A DNA stretch of 17,641 nt. It comes from Candidatus Woesearchaeota archaeon (GTDB lineage Archaea; Nanobdellota; Nanobdellia; SCGC-AAA011-G17; GW2011-AR18). The notes beneath the pieces are model-generated. The model ran no database searches. It worked only from the letters and a program-made list of their open reading frames with translations, and had not been told where the DNA came from. The stretch is from contig JAGVZG010000010.1 of assembly GCA_018302765.1 (NCBI GenBank), positions 1-17,641 of the forward strand, written 5' to 3'. Positions 8,627 to 16,688 of the stretch are shown here, piece by piece. Positions within the stretch are counted from its first letter, which is position 1. Each line of letters starts with the position of its first letter. The position numbers and the translations under genes are program-made.

Positions 8627-9748
8627 TTATGGCTGATGTTTATTTGAAGTTAATTCGTCATAGAATTTAATTAACTTTTTCTTGAAAATCTCCATGTCTT
8701 CTCTTTTTATTATTCCTCCCGCAGCAGGCATGTGTCCTCCAGCTTTTGCGCCTTTAAGGCTTTTAGTTGCCATTTCCAGAAGTTTATTGACTTTAACATT
8801 AATATTTTGGTCTCTTGCACTTACTTTAACATAGTCATATCCTTCATCACTAATTACTTTTGTTGATGTATCTATTATAATTGTCGTACTATTTTTAAAA
8901 TATTGAAAGCTTAGAATTGTTGACAGAGTAGAACCAATTTTATATTTTGGATTTATTACATAAATTATAAGGTCTTTGTGCCTTTCTGCTTTGTCTCTGT
9001 TATCTATCCAATATTTAAGTTCATCGCTTACTTTTTTGTTGCATTCATTTAGCAGTTTGTTGTTTAGGATTTGTTTATGAGAATTTGCATTGTAAATAAT
9101 TTCAAAAACATCATCTGCATGTTCACTAAAACTTTCTCCTGAAGTTATATTGGCTGTTGCTTTCCCAAATTCAGTCAAAAATATATCTTCTTTTTCTTTA
9201 ACGCCATATCTTTTCATTGTTTTTACGAGAAATTCTTTCCATTGTTTGTAACCAGCATCAGCGATAAGCCCCAAACATGACAACCAGTCCAAATCTTCTA
9301 TATTCGTTAAATTTGAAAATAAATCATAACATAACTTGGACGCAGGATAAAAATTGCTTGGTATATTTTTATTTACAAAATTAGAATGAATAAATGTTGT
9401 TTTAGCCGAGTTTAAATCATTGGTGTATTCATGATGATCTATTACTAATATATCAAATAGTTTTTCTGCTTTTTTAATAATATCTATGCTTTTATATATT
9501 GCCAAATCAACAAATATAACTTTATTTATTTTTTCAGTTTTTAGTTTCTCAAATAAAGTATTGGAAAATCCAACATTAGGTTCATGTATAGTAATATCAA
9601 CTTTTCTTTCTAGTGTTCTTTCTAATGATTTAACAGTTATAATAGCTGAGCATACGCCGTCTCCGCAAAATCCATGATAAACCACAGTTATTTTGTCTTC
9701 TGGTTTTATATTTTTGATATAACTATTGAATTCCTGAATATGATCCAT
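8627..9748 (-). CDS. DHH/DHHA1 phosphoesterase (RecJ/GAN/NrnA-like)
   Basis: VYHG.CGDGVCS, IFVDL, VIDHHE, LIADAG and GGHMPAAGG motifs. Confidence 0.92.
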   Translation of the reverse strand: MDHIQEFNSYIKNIKPEDKITVVYHGFCGDGVCSAIITVKSLERTLERKVDITIHEPNVGFSNTLFEKLKTEKINKVIFVDLAIYKSIDIIKKAEKLFDILVIDHHEYTNDLNSAKTTFIHSNFVNKNIPSNFYPASKLCYDLFSNLTNIEDLDWLSCLGLIADAGYKQWKEFLVKTMKRYGVKEKEDIFLTEFGKATANITSGESFSEHADDVFEIIYNANSHKQILNNKLLNECNKKVSDELKYWIDNRDKAERHKDLIIYVINPKYKIGSTLSTILSFQYFKNSTTIIIDTSTKVISDEGYDYVKVSARDQNINVKVNKLLEMATKSLKGAKAGGHMPAAGGIIKREDMEIFKKKLIKFYDELTSNKHQP

Positions 9749-9786
9749 AATTTTGATAAAAATCTATTTTATATAAAGATATGTGT

Positions 9787-10389
9787 CTAGTATTGTTCAG
9801 ACTTTCTCGCAAATACTCCGTAATCAAATATATGTTTTATGTTCTTCACATAGCTGACAACATCAGCCACTTTTATTATTTTTTTATTGACATTTCTTCC
9901 AGTTAGAATTAACATCATGTCCTTGGGAATACTATTTATTAATCCTAATACATCATCAACTTTTAGTAAGCCAGTGTCAACAACAATATTAATTTCATCC
10001 AATATTAAAACATCAGGTCTTTTTTTGATTACCTGCTTGGCAAATTCTAAGCCTTGTTTAGCTAATTCATAGTCTTCTTTATCTGGGTGCTTAAGATCAA
10101 CAAATTGCTCTTTGCCAAATTGGTAAACTTCATAGTTTTTTAATAGTTTCTGCGCTTGATATTCGCCAACATATTTTCTTCCTTTCATAAATTGTACAAC
10201 TACAACATTTTTACCATGGCCTATTGCTCTTAAACCAAGGCCAAGTGCAGCAGTTGTTTTGCCCTCTCCATCACCAGTAAAAACATATACTAACCCTCTA
10301 TTTCTCACAAGAAGTTTCTTTATCTTATTTTCATCTATGAATCTAGTCCAGAATTTTGTTTCCTCCACTTTTGTTTTTTTAGTTGCCAC
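9787..10389 (-). CDS. btuR: Cob(I)alamin/corrinoid adenosyltransferase (CobA/CobO/BtuR family)
   Basis: VYVFTGDGEGKTTAALGLGLRAIGHG..V.VVQFMKG, LILDEIN, LILTGR and AD.VS..K.IKH.F..G. Start at GTG 10389 or 10398, overlapping the nrdJ stop. Confidence 0.93.
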   Translation of the reverse strand: MATKKTKVEETKFWTRFIDENKIKKLLVRNRGLVYVFTGDGEGKTTAALGLGLRAIGHGKNVVVVQFMKGRKYVGEYQAQKLLKNYEVYQFGKEQFVDLKHPDKEDYELAKQGLEFAKQVIKKRPDVLILDEINIVVDTGLLKVDDVLGLINSIPKDMMLILTGRNVNKKIIKVADVVSYVKNIKHIFDYGVFARKSEQY

Positions 10390-12469
10390 ATTCAACACCA
10401 GGACAGCCGCCTGAAAATTCAGAGCTGACCTTTATTCTTTTTTCATAGCCTTCTTCTATATAAAGAACTTGTTTGCCGCCTTTGCTTCCGTATCTGAATA
10501 CAGTTACTCCCTTGCAACCAAATTTGTAAGCCAACAAATAAGAATTCTTAACGTCATTCTTGGTTGAATTTTCTGGAAGATTTACTGTTTTTGATACTCC
10601 ATTTTCAACATATTTCTGGAACGCAGCCTGCATTTTTATGTGCCAGATTGGGTCTATGTCTAATGCAGTAACAAATATTTTTTTAATATCTTTTGGTACT
10701 TCTTTAAGATGTTGTACAGAACCGTATTTTGATATTTCGTTTAATAATTGAGCACTATAAAATCTTCTTTTTTTAGAAATTTCTTCAAATAAAAAGTTCG
10801 TTTCTATTAATTTAGTTCCTTCTAGAACTTCTCTAACATAGGAAACTGCAAATAGTGGTTCTATTCCACTAGAGCATGAATTTGCTATAATACTTATGGT
10901 TCCTGTTGGTGCAATTGTTGTTACTGCAACATTCCTTGCATTATTCCATATTTTCGATAATTTACTTTTCTTGAAATTTGGAAAGTCTCCTTTTTCTTTT
11001 CCTAAGTCTGCAGATGCATTTCTTGCTTCAGTGTTTATAAACTTCATTAATTTTTCAGCTAGTTTTACAGCTTTATTTGTGTTATATGGAATTCCAAGCA
11101 TTACAAGCATGTCTGCCCAGCCCATAACACCAAGTCCAATTCTTCTATTTGCTTTAGTAATATCTTCTATTTCCTTAACAACATAATCATTAATATCTAT
11201 AACGTTATCCAAAAATCTTACTGCTATATGAATTATTTTTCTTAATTTTCCCCAGTCAATTTGTTTATTCTTTACAAATTTAGTTAAGTTAATGCTTCCT
11301 AAAACGCATGATTCAAAAGGCAATAAAGGCTGCTCTCCACAAGGATTTACTCCTGTAATTTCTTCATTTATATTATGCAGTTTGTTTATTCTGTCAATAA
11401 ATACCAAGCCAGGGTCTCCTATAGTCCATGCATTTGTTACAATTAAATCAAAAACATTTCTTGCATTTATTTTTTTTATGACTTGTTTTGTTCTTGGATC
11501 TATTATTTCATAATCTATGTTTTTCATAACTGCTTTCATAAACTTGTCTGTAGCTGCCACAGATATGTTAAAATTTGTAAAAGCATTTAGATCATTCTTG
11601 CACGTTATGAATTCAAGAATATCTGGGTGGTCTACTCTTAATACACCCATGTTTGCCCCTCTTCTTTTTGAGCCTTGCTTAATCACGTCTGTCATCTTGT
11701 CAAATATACTCATAAATGAAACAGGTCCAGACGCTATTCCTTTTGTGCTTCCTACAATTTCACCCCTTGGTCTTATTTTTGAAAAATTAAAACCTGTGCC
11801 GCCGCCAGTTTTTTGAATTAGCGCAGCAATTTTTAAAATTTCAAATATATTTGATAATGAATCAGAAATGTCTAAAACAAAGCATGCAGACATTTGCTGG
11901 AATCTTGTTCCTGCATTCATCAGACATGGAGAATTAGGCACAAATTCCAGTTTAGACATTATATCAAAGAATTCTTTTTCCCATCTAGAGTAATCATTGC
12001 CGTATTTTGATTCAATTGATGAAACAGCTTTTGCAACCCTTCTAAGCATTTCTAAAGGTGTTTCAATAATTTCACCATCTTCATTTCTCAGAAGATATCT
12101 GCTTTGGAGAACTTTTATTGCATTTATGCCTAGCTTCAATTCATCTTTGGCTATGCCATAAATTTTTTTCCCCTCTCTGATTTCTTTCCTTTTCTCCCTG
12201 TATAATATATAGGATTTTGCTGCTTTTATATAGCCTTGCCTGATTAATGTATCTTCAACTATGTCTTGTACATTTTCTACTGTAGGAAGTCTTCCTTTGT
12301 ACCTCTTGAAAACTGTTTTTTCTATTTGATTAATTAGCTTATTGCCAATTTTTGGATCTTCTCCAACAGAAACTGCAGATTTTGCTATTGCAGAAATAAT
12401 TTTGCCCCTGTCAAAATTTTCTATACTGCCGTCTCTTTTTACTATTTTTGATATTTTTTTGGTAAACAT
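10379..12469 (-). CDS. nrdJ: Class II (adenosylcobalamin-dependent) ribonucleotide reductase with N-terminal ATP cone
   Basis: ATP cone IVKRDG..E.FD..KI, then PNSPCLMNAG, SACFVL, GGGTG.NFS, RRGANMG, NPCGEQPL, TTIAPTGTIS, VSKTVNLP and GCKGVTVFR. C-terminal CPGVEC Cys pair. Confidence 0.95.
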   Translation of the reverse strand: MFTKKISKIVKRDGSIENFDRGKIISAIAKSAVSVGEDPKIGNKLINQIEKTVFKRYKGRLPTVENVQDIVEDTLIRQGYIKAAKSYILYREKRKEIREGKKIYGIAKDELKLGINAIKVLQSRYLLRNEDGEIIETPLEMLRRVAKAVSSIESKYGNDYSRWEKEFFDIMSKLEFVPNSPCLMNAGTRFQQMSACFVLDISDSLSNIFEILKIAALIQKTGGGTGFNFSKIRPRGEIVGSTKGIASGPVSFMSIFDKMTDVIKQGSKRRGANMGVLRVDHPDILEFITCKNDLNAFTNFNISVAATDKFMKAVMKNIDYEIIDPRTKQVIKKINARNVFDLIVTNAWTIGDPGLVFIDRINKLHNINEEITGVNPCGEQPLLPFESCVLGSINLTKFVKNKQIDWGKLRKIIHIAVRFLDNVIDINDYVVKEIEDITKANRRIGLGVMGWADMLVMLGIPYNTNKAVKLAEKLMKFINTEARNASADLGKEKGDFPNFKKSKLSKIWNNARNVAVTTIAPTGTISIIANSCSSGIEPLFAVSYVREVLEGTKLIETNFLFEEISKKRRFYSAQLLNEISKYGSVQHLKEVPKDIKKIFVTALDIDPIWHIKMQAAFQKYVENGVSKTVNLPENSTKNDVKNSYLLAYKFGCKGVTVFRYGSKGGKQVLYIEEGYEKRIKVSSEFSGGCPGVECGN

Positions 12470-12577
12470 AAGCCTCTTTTTGAATATATATTTATTATAA
12501 TATAGAATTTAAATAGATTTCTAAAAGCTACAAAATTTTAAAAGTTCTTATTATAGGATAATAACACTAAAAGTATA

Positions 12578-13519
12578 ATGAATCAAAAAATAGCAGTAAG
12601 AGAATTAGGGGAAAGAGCACTTGACCTGGTAGACCAATTTAGTGTTGGTTGGGATATTTACCTTAGACCAGAATCTCTAGAAAGAATAGTTTTTTATTTT
12701 AGAGATATATTTGGCCTAGGAACTAAAAGAGGCCTTTATAGAGAAAATTTCTTTCAAGCATCTGATTTATCTACAAGAGTAGGATCTGAATTATTAGGAG
12801 AAAACACTGGTGATAGTAATATTCTTTTAAATGTGTGGAGAAATGATATTTTACCTATAAAATTAATTATAGATTCATTTGCTGACGGTTTTAAAGAATT
12901 TGAAGCTAAGTTCACAACTTTATCTGCAAGATCACAAATAGATCAACTAACAATTAATTCAATTAGTTCATATTTAATTTATTTGACAGTATTTAGAAAT
13001 TTTTGCATGACATTAGCTTATGTTAATTCAAATGGTGACCCAAAATTTGTATCAACAATACCAAGCAAGCAATTACCATATTTATTATTGCCTGCATTAA
13101 ATAAAAGACCGCTTGATGGGGATATAGGAATTGAATGTGAATTATATACCCCTGATTTTGTAGGTTTATACGAATTTATTAAGGTCGCAGAAGGTGATAT
13201 GAATATAAGCACCAGTAACAGAGCAGACCATTTTGCATTTAAAGTTAGAGGAACAAAAACTGTTGTTGATGATACAGCGAAACCAATGGAACTTTCAAAT
13301 ATTCAAAATATATTTAATGGGAATATTAAAAGATATGGTTATAGTCTGCAGTTAGCTGGATATTTAGCGCAGCTAAGAGGAGGATACTGCAGAGTTGTAA
13401 CTTCTGATAAAAAAAGAAATACAATAAGTTTTGATACAGAAAGCAATAGAGCAGGTTACGTTGTGAAAAATATCAATGGTACAGAATTTACATGGAATAT
13501 TCCAAAAATGGTACAATGA
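12578..13519 (+). CDS. Hypothetical protein with a degenerate HATPase_c/GHKL-like C-terminal domain
   Basis: TVFRNFCMTLAY (N-box-like), VVDDTAKPM...NIF (G1/F-box-like), YGYSL...QLRGG.CRVVT...GTEFTWNIP (G2-box and terminal strand-like). Confidence 0.45.
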   Translation: MNQKIAVRELGERALDLVDQFSVGWDIYLRPESLERIVFYFRDIFGLGTKRGLYRENFFQASDLSTRVGSELLGENTGDSNILLNVWRNDILPIKLIIDSFADGFKEFEAKFTTLSARSQIDQLTINSISSYLIYLTVFRNFCMTLAYVNSNGDPKFVSTIPSKQLPYLLLPALNKRPLDGDIGIECELYTPDFVGLYEFIKVAEGDMNISTSNRADHFAFKVRGTKTVVDDTAKPMELSNIQNIFNGNIKRYGYSLQLAGYLAQLRGGYCRVVTSDKKRNTISFDTESNRAGYVVKNINGTEFTWNIPKMVQ

Positions 13520-13558
13520 TCCATAAAAGCTTAAATATTGTAGTTACATGTTAATTGC

Positions 13559-15439
13559 ATGGAAATATTATTTCCCCATGATAAAATAAGAGAAAGTCAG
13601 AAAGAATTAGTTGAAAAAATACAGGAAGTTATAGAAAACAAAACTAACTTAATTGCTCATGCTCCAACTGGTTTAGGTAAAACTGCAGCCTCAATAAGTG
13701 TTGCTTTAAGCTATGCTCTGCAAAATAAATTAACTGTATTTTTTATTACTCCCAAACACACTCAGCACAAAATAGCGATAGAAACTTTAAAGTTAATAAA
13801 GCAAAAATATAATACTGAATTTGGCGTTGTGGACTTAATAGGCAAGAAATGGATGTGTGCGCAAGATGGAGTCAAAGAGCTTACAACTGGGGAGTTTTAT
13901 GACTATTGCAAAGATATGGTTTCAAAGAGGCAGTGTATTTATTATGAAAATATTAAGAATAAAGATAAGCTTTCTGTGCAAACAGAAGTTGTATTAAACG
14001 AGTTAAATAAAAAAATTCTGCATGTTGAGGAATTCAGGGAAAACGTTAAGAGCAATACCTTGTGCCCTTTTGAAATTGCATGTTTGATTGCTAAGAAGTC
14101 ATCTGTAATTATTGCAGATTATCACCATATATTAAGCCCAAGCATAAGGGAAAATCTGCTTGAAAAAATTAACAAAGACCTATCTGAGTGCATAATAATA
14201 ATTGATGAAGCGCATAATCTGCCTAGTAGATGTAGGGAATTGTTAAGCACACAACTATCTTCAATAACAATAGATTTCGCTGTTAAGGAAGCAGAATCTT
14301 TGGGCTATAAAGAAATTGGAGATTCTGTAAAATTATTAAAATTTTATATTGAAAGAATAGCAGCTTCTAAGCTTAATAAAGATGTTAAAGAAGCAACATT
14401 GGAAAAACATGACTTAATAATAGAAATTGAAAAAAACATGGAGATTTCACAGTTAATAAATGATCTATTTTTTATAGCAGATAAAATCAGGGAAGAAAAG
14501 AAAAGAAGCGCATCAGCACATATTGCAAATTTTCTTTTGAATTGGCAGGGTCCTGACGATGGCTTTAACAGAATAATAAAAACCAATAAAACACAAAAAG
14601 GAAAGGATTATTTGAGTTTGCACTATAATTGCTTAGATCCTGCACTAATTACTAAACCGTTGGCAGAATTAAGCCATTCAGTTATCTGCATGTCAGGAAC
14701 TCTAGATCCATTGGAGATGTATAAAGATTTATTTGGTTTTGATGCAATTACTACAGAATTTAAAAATCCGTTTCCACAGAAAAATAAGCTTAGTATTATA
14801 ATTCCAGATACAACAACTAAGTTTACAGCAAGATCACAGGAAATGTTTAGGAATATTGCAAATTACTGTGCTTCAATAGTTAATGAAGTACCGGGAAACT
14901 CTGCATTATTTTTTCCCAGTTATGAATTAAGGGATAAGGTTAATTTTTATTTTCAAAGTACATGTGTAAAAACTGCTTTCTTAGAGTTTCCAAATATGAC
15001 CAAAAATGACAAAAATGAATTGATTGAAAAATTTAAGTCATATAAAAAAGTCGGTGCTGTTTTGTTAGGAGCTTCTAGTGGAAATTTTGGTGAAGGAATT
15101 GATATAGAAGATAATATTTTGAAATGTGTAGTTGTAGTTGGAATTCCTTTAGAAAGACCTGATTTAGAAACACAAGAGCTGATTGCATATTATGATAAAA
15201 AATTTAACAAAGGGTGGGATTACGGATATATAATGCCTGCAATAATAAAATGTTTGCAAAATGCTGGAAGATGCATAAGGTCTGAAACTGACAAAGGACT
15301 AATAATATTTTTAGATCAAAGATATATCTGGGACAGTTATTTTAAATGTTTTCCAAAAGACAGTAATTTAAGAATTACAAAAGAACCAATAAAAAGAATA
15401 AAAGAATTTTTTAGTGATAATGACATTATTAATAATTAA
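13559..15439 (+). CDS. xpd: XPD/Rad3/DinG-family Fe-S DNA helicase
   Basis: APTGLGKT, Fe-S Cys set (WMC, YC, QC, LCPFE), IIIDEAHNL, MSGTL, FFPSY, NFGEGID and QNAGRCIRSETDKG. Confidence 0.93.
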   Translation: MEILFPHDKIRESQKELVEKIQEVIENKTNLIAHAPTGLGKTAASISVALSYALQNKLTVFFITPKHTQHKIAIETLKLIKQKYNTEFGVVDLIGKKWMCAQDGVKELTTGEFYDYCKDMVSKRQCIYYENIKNKDKLSVQTEVVLNELNKKILHVEEFRENVKSNTLCPFEIACLIAKKSSVIIADYHHILSPSIRENLLEKINKDLSECIIIIDEAHNLPSRCRELLSTQLSSITIDFAVKEAESLGYKEIGDSVKLLKFYIERIAASKLNKDVKEATLEKHDLIIEIEKNMEISQLINDLFFIADKIREEKKRSASAHIANFLLNWQGPDDGFNRIIKTNKTQKGKDYLSLHYNCLDPALITKPLAELSHSVICMSGTLDPLEMYKDLFGFDAITTEFKNPFPQKNKLSIIIPDTTTKFTARSQEMFRNIANYCASIVNEVPGNSALFFPSYELRDKVNFYFQSTCVKTAFLEFPNMTKNDKNELIEKFKSYKKVGAVLLGASSGNFGEGIDIEDNILKCVVVVGIPLERPDLETQELIAYYDKKFNKGWDYGYIMPAIIKCLQNAGRCIRSETDKGLIIFLDQRYIWDSYFKCFPKDSNLRITKEPIKRIKEFFSDNDIINN

Positions 15440-15472
15440 TATAATTATATTATTCAAATTTTATTTCTAAGG

Positions 15473-15931
15473 TCATTTTCCAATTAAAAGTTCTATGTCT
15501 TTTGATTTTGTTCTTTTTTCCAATATTTTACCAATAAAATTATCACCAGGGTATTTCTTAGTAATTAAATTATATTTATTTAAATCAAATGAAGGACTGT
15601 ATTCTGTATTAGTTGTAAGTACCTCGTCCTCTAGCGCCACGTCAGTTTCAGCTTTAGTAGTTTCTGTATTTTGATCAAAAACAACAGTCGCAACATCTGA
15701 AGTTTCTATCTTTGCCAACATGTCGTAAAAATTAGTTGATAATCTATAAATTGGTTCTATAATTCCAGACATGATTAAAGCCAAGCCCGCTGCCAAAAAT
15801 CTAACCTTATAACTTGTTCTTATTTCTGGTAGTTCTCTTCTGTAGTTAACTAAAGATCTATCTTTTCTTGTAGCTCCATAAGTATCAACAACCTCAAACC
15901 CTATTGAAATTGGAGCAACGCCAGGTGAAGT
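15473..15931 (-). pseudogene. 3' remnant of an unknown gene, truncated at the GC-rich segment
   Basis: The frame is open for 152 sense codons (…GVAPISIGFEVVDTYGATRKDRSLVNYRRELPEIRTSYKVRFLAAGL…). No ATG, GTG or TTG occurs upstream of TTG 15796. The bounding TAA (15932-15934) lies in the GC-rich segment. Confidence 0.5.
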
Positions 15932-15933
15932 TT

Positions 15934-16260
15934 ATGAAGCTCGGAATAGTGCTCAACACCAATGATGCAGAAACATGCTGGAACTGCTTCAGGTTCGGCA
16001 ACGAAGCTCTTAAATGCAATCATGCAGTGAAGGTTTTCCTTCTTGGGAAAGGCGTGGAAGTTGAAGACGTGAAAGATGCGAAATTCCCATTCCTTGAAGG
16101 CACAATCAAGAAGTTTCTCAGTACTGGCGGCAGTATTCTTGCTTGCGGAACATGCCTCAAATCAAGAGACAAGGAAGGAAGCATGGTATGCCCCGTATCA
16201 ACGATGGAAGAACCCCTCAAGATGGTTGAAGAATCAGAGAAAATACTAACGTTCGGCTGA
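15934..16260 (+). CDS. DsrE/DsrF-like family protein
   Basis: MKLGIVLNTNDAET.WN.FRFGN.AL...H.V.VFLLGKGVE...ILACGTCLKSR...VCP.STM...E.ILTFG. ATG 15934 has an AGGTGA SD. Confidence 0.88.
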   Translation: MKLGIVLNTNDAETCWNCFRFGNEALKCNHAVKVFLLGKGVEVEDVKDAKFPFLEGTIKKFLSTGGSILACGTCLKSRDKEGSMVCPVSTMEEPLKMVEESEKILTFG

Positions 16261-16304
16261 GGCTTGGCAGAAAAATATTTAATGAAAGAAACTTTTATGT
16301 TCTT

Positions 16305-16451
16305 GTGGTCTTGGAAAAAGGGAAGAAGTATCAATGCGAGGAATGCAAGCTTTGGTATACAGAGAAATCCTGGGCAGAAAAATGCGAGGCCTGGTGTAAG
16401 GAGCATCAAAGCTGCAATATCGAGATCACCAATCATGCGATAAAACCGTAG
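16305..16451 (+). CDS. 48-aa Cys-rich zinc-finger-like mini-protein (not in the ORF track)
   Basis: MVLEKGKKYQCEECKLWYTEKSWAEKCEAWCKEHQSCNIEITNHAIKP: C-x2-C-x12-C-x3-C-x2-H-x2-C-x6-H. GTG start is uncertain. Confidence 0.7.
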   Translation: MVLEKGKKYQCEECKLWYTEKSWAEKCEAWCKEHQSCNIEITNHAIKP

Positions 16452-16497
16452 ACTTGTCCACTTGACACACTTGACAGGGTGGACACAAGGTTTATAT
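16452..16497 (+). promoter_or_regulatory. Operator-like repeats next to a TATA-like box
   Basis: Tandem CACTTGACA (16459-67, 16468-76) inside the inverted repeat TGTCCAC/GTGGACA (16455-61, 16479-85), followed by TTTATAT at 16491-97. Confidence 0.45.
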
Positions 16498-16564
16498 CTG
16501 AGTCCAGTTATTATGATTCACAGGTTGCCCTAACCGCAATCATTCCAGAAAGGCATGAAAGTGG

Positions 16565-16603
16565 TTATGACGATTTTGGGGAAAGCGTCATAAATCTATG
16601 ACG
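16565..16603. repeat. Triple TATGACG half-site array
   Basis: TTATGACG (16565-72), CGTCATAA (16586-93), TATGACG (16597-603). Confidence 0.6.
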
Positions 16604-16644
16604 GAAATATAAATCTTTCTATTAGTTGCTACTAATAAGAAATG

Positions 16645-16675
16645 AAAAAGTTTAAATATTCGCTTATACCGAATA
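16645..16675 (+). promoter_or_regulatory. BRE/TATA promoter with palindromic operator upstream of the wHTH gene
   Basis: AAAAAG-TTTAAATA, immediately followed by TATTCG-N7-CGAATA (16657-16675). ATG at 16689. Confidence 0.6.
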
Positions 16676-16688
16676 ATTATTAGGGAAG

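Larger units (their letters stand above)
15915..16605. mobile_element. Small GC-rich horizontally acquired segment (boundaries approximate)
   Basis: Hand GC counts for lines 15961, 16141 and 16381 are 26, 30 and 29 of 60, versus 15 and 11 of 60 for lines 15001 and 15361. C/G-ending codons dominate. No transposase or integrase. Confidence 0.55.

Noticed and set aside
12470-12577. Cobalamin riboswitch or NrdR box upstream of nrdJ
   Set aside because: The region is short and extremely AT-rich, with no B12-box or recognisable NrdR palindrome. Only divergent TATA-like elements are present.
15390-15415. PIP-box-like KRIKEFF at the XPD C-terminus
   Set aside because: It lacks the Gln and is consistent with the normal terminal helix of Rad3 helicases.
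15904-15933. Longer start for DsrE (MKLEQRQVKF)
   Set aside because: The homology and the AGGTGA SD point to ATG 15934.
16479-16601. 40-codon GTG ORF with a weak HicB-like look (LTAIIPERHESGY)
   Set aside because: It overlaps the repeats and TATA box, and the resemblance is too short to support.
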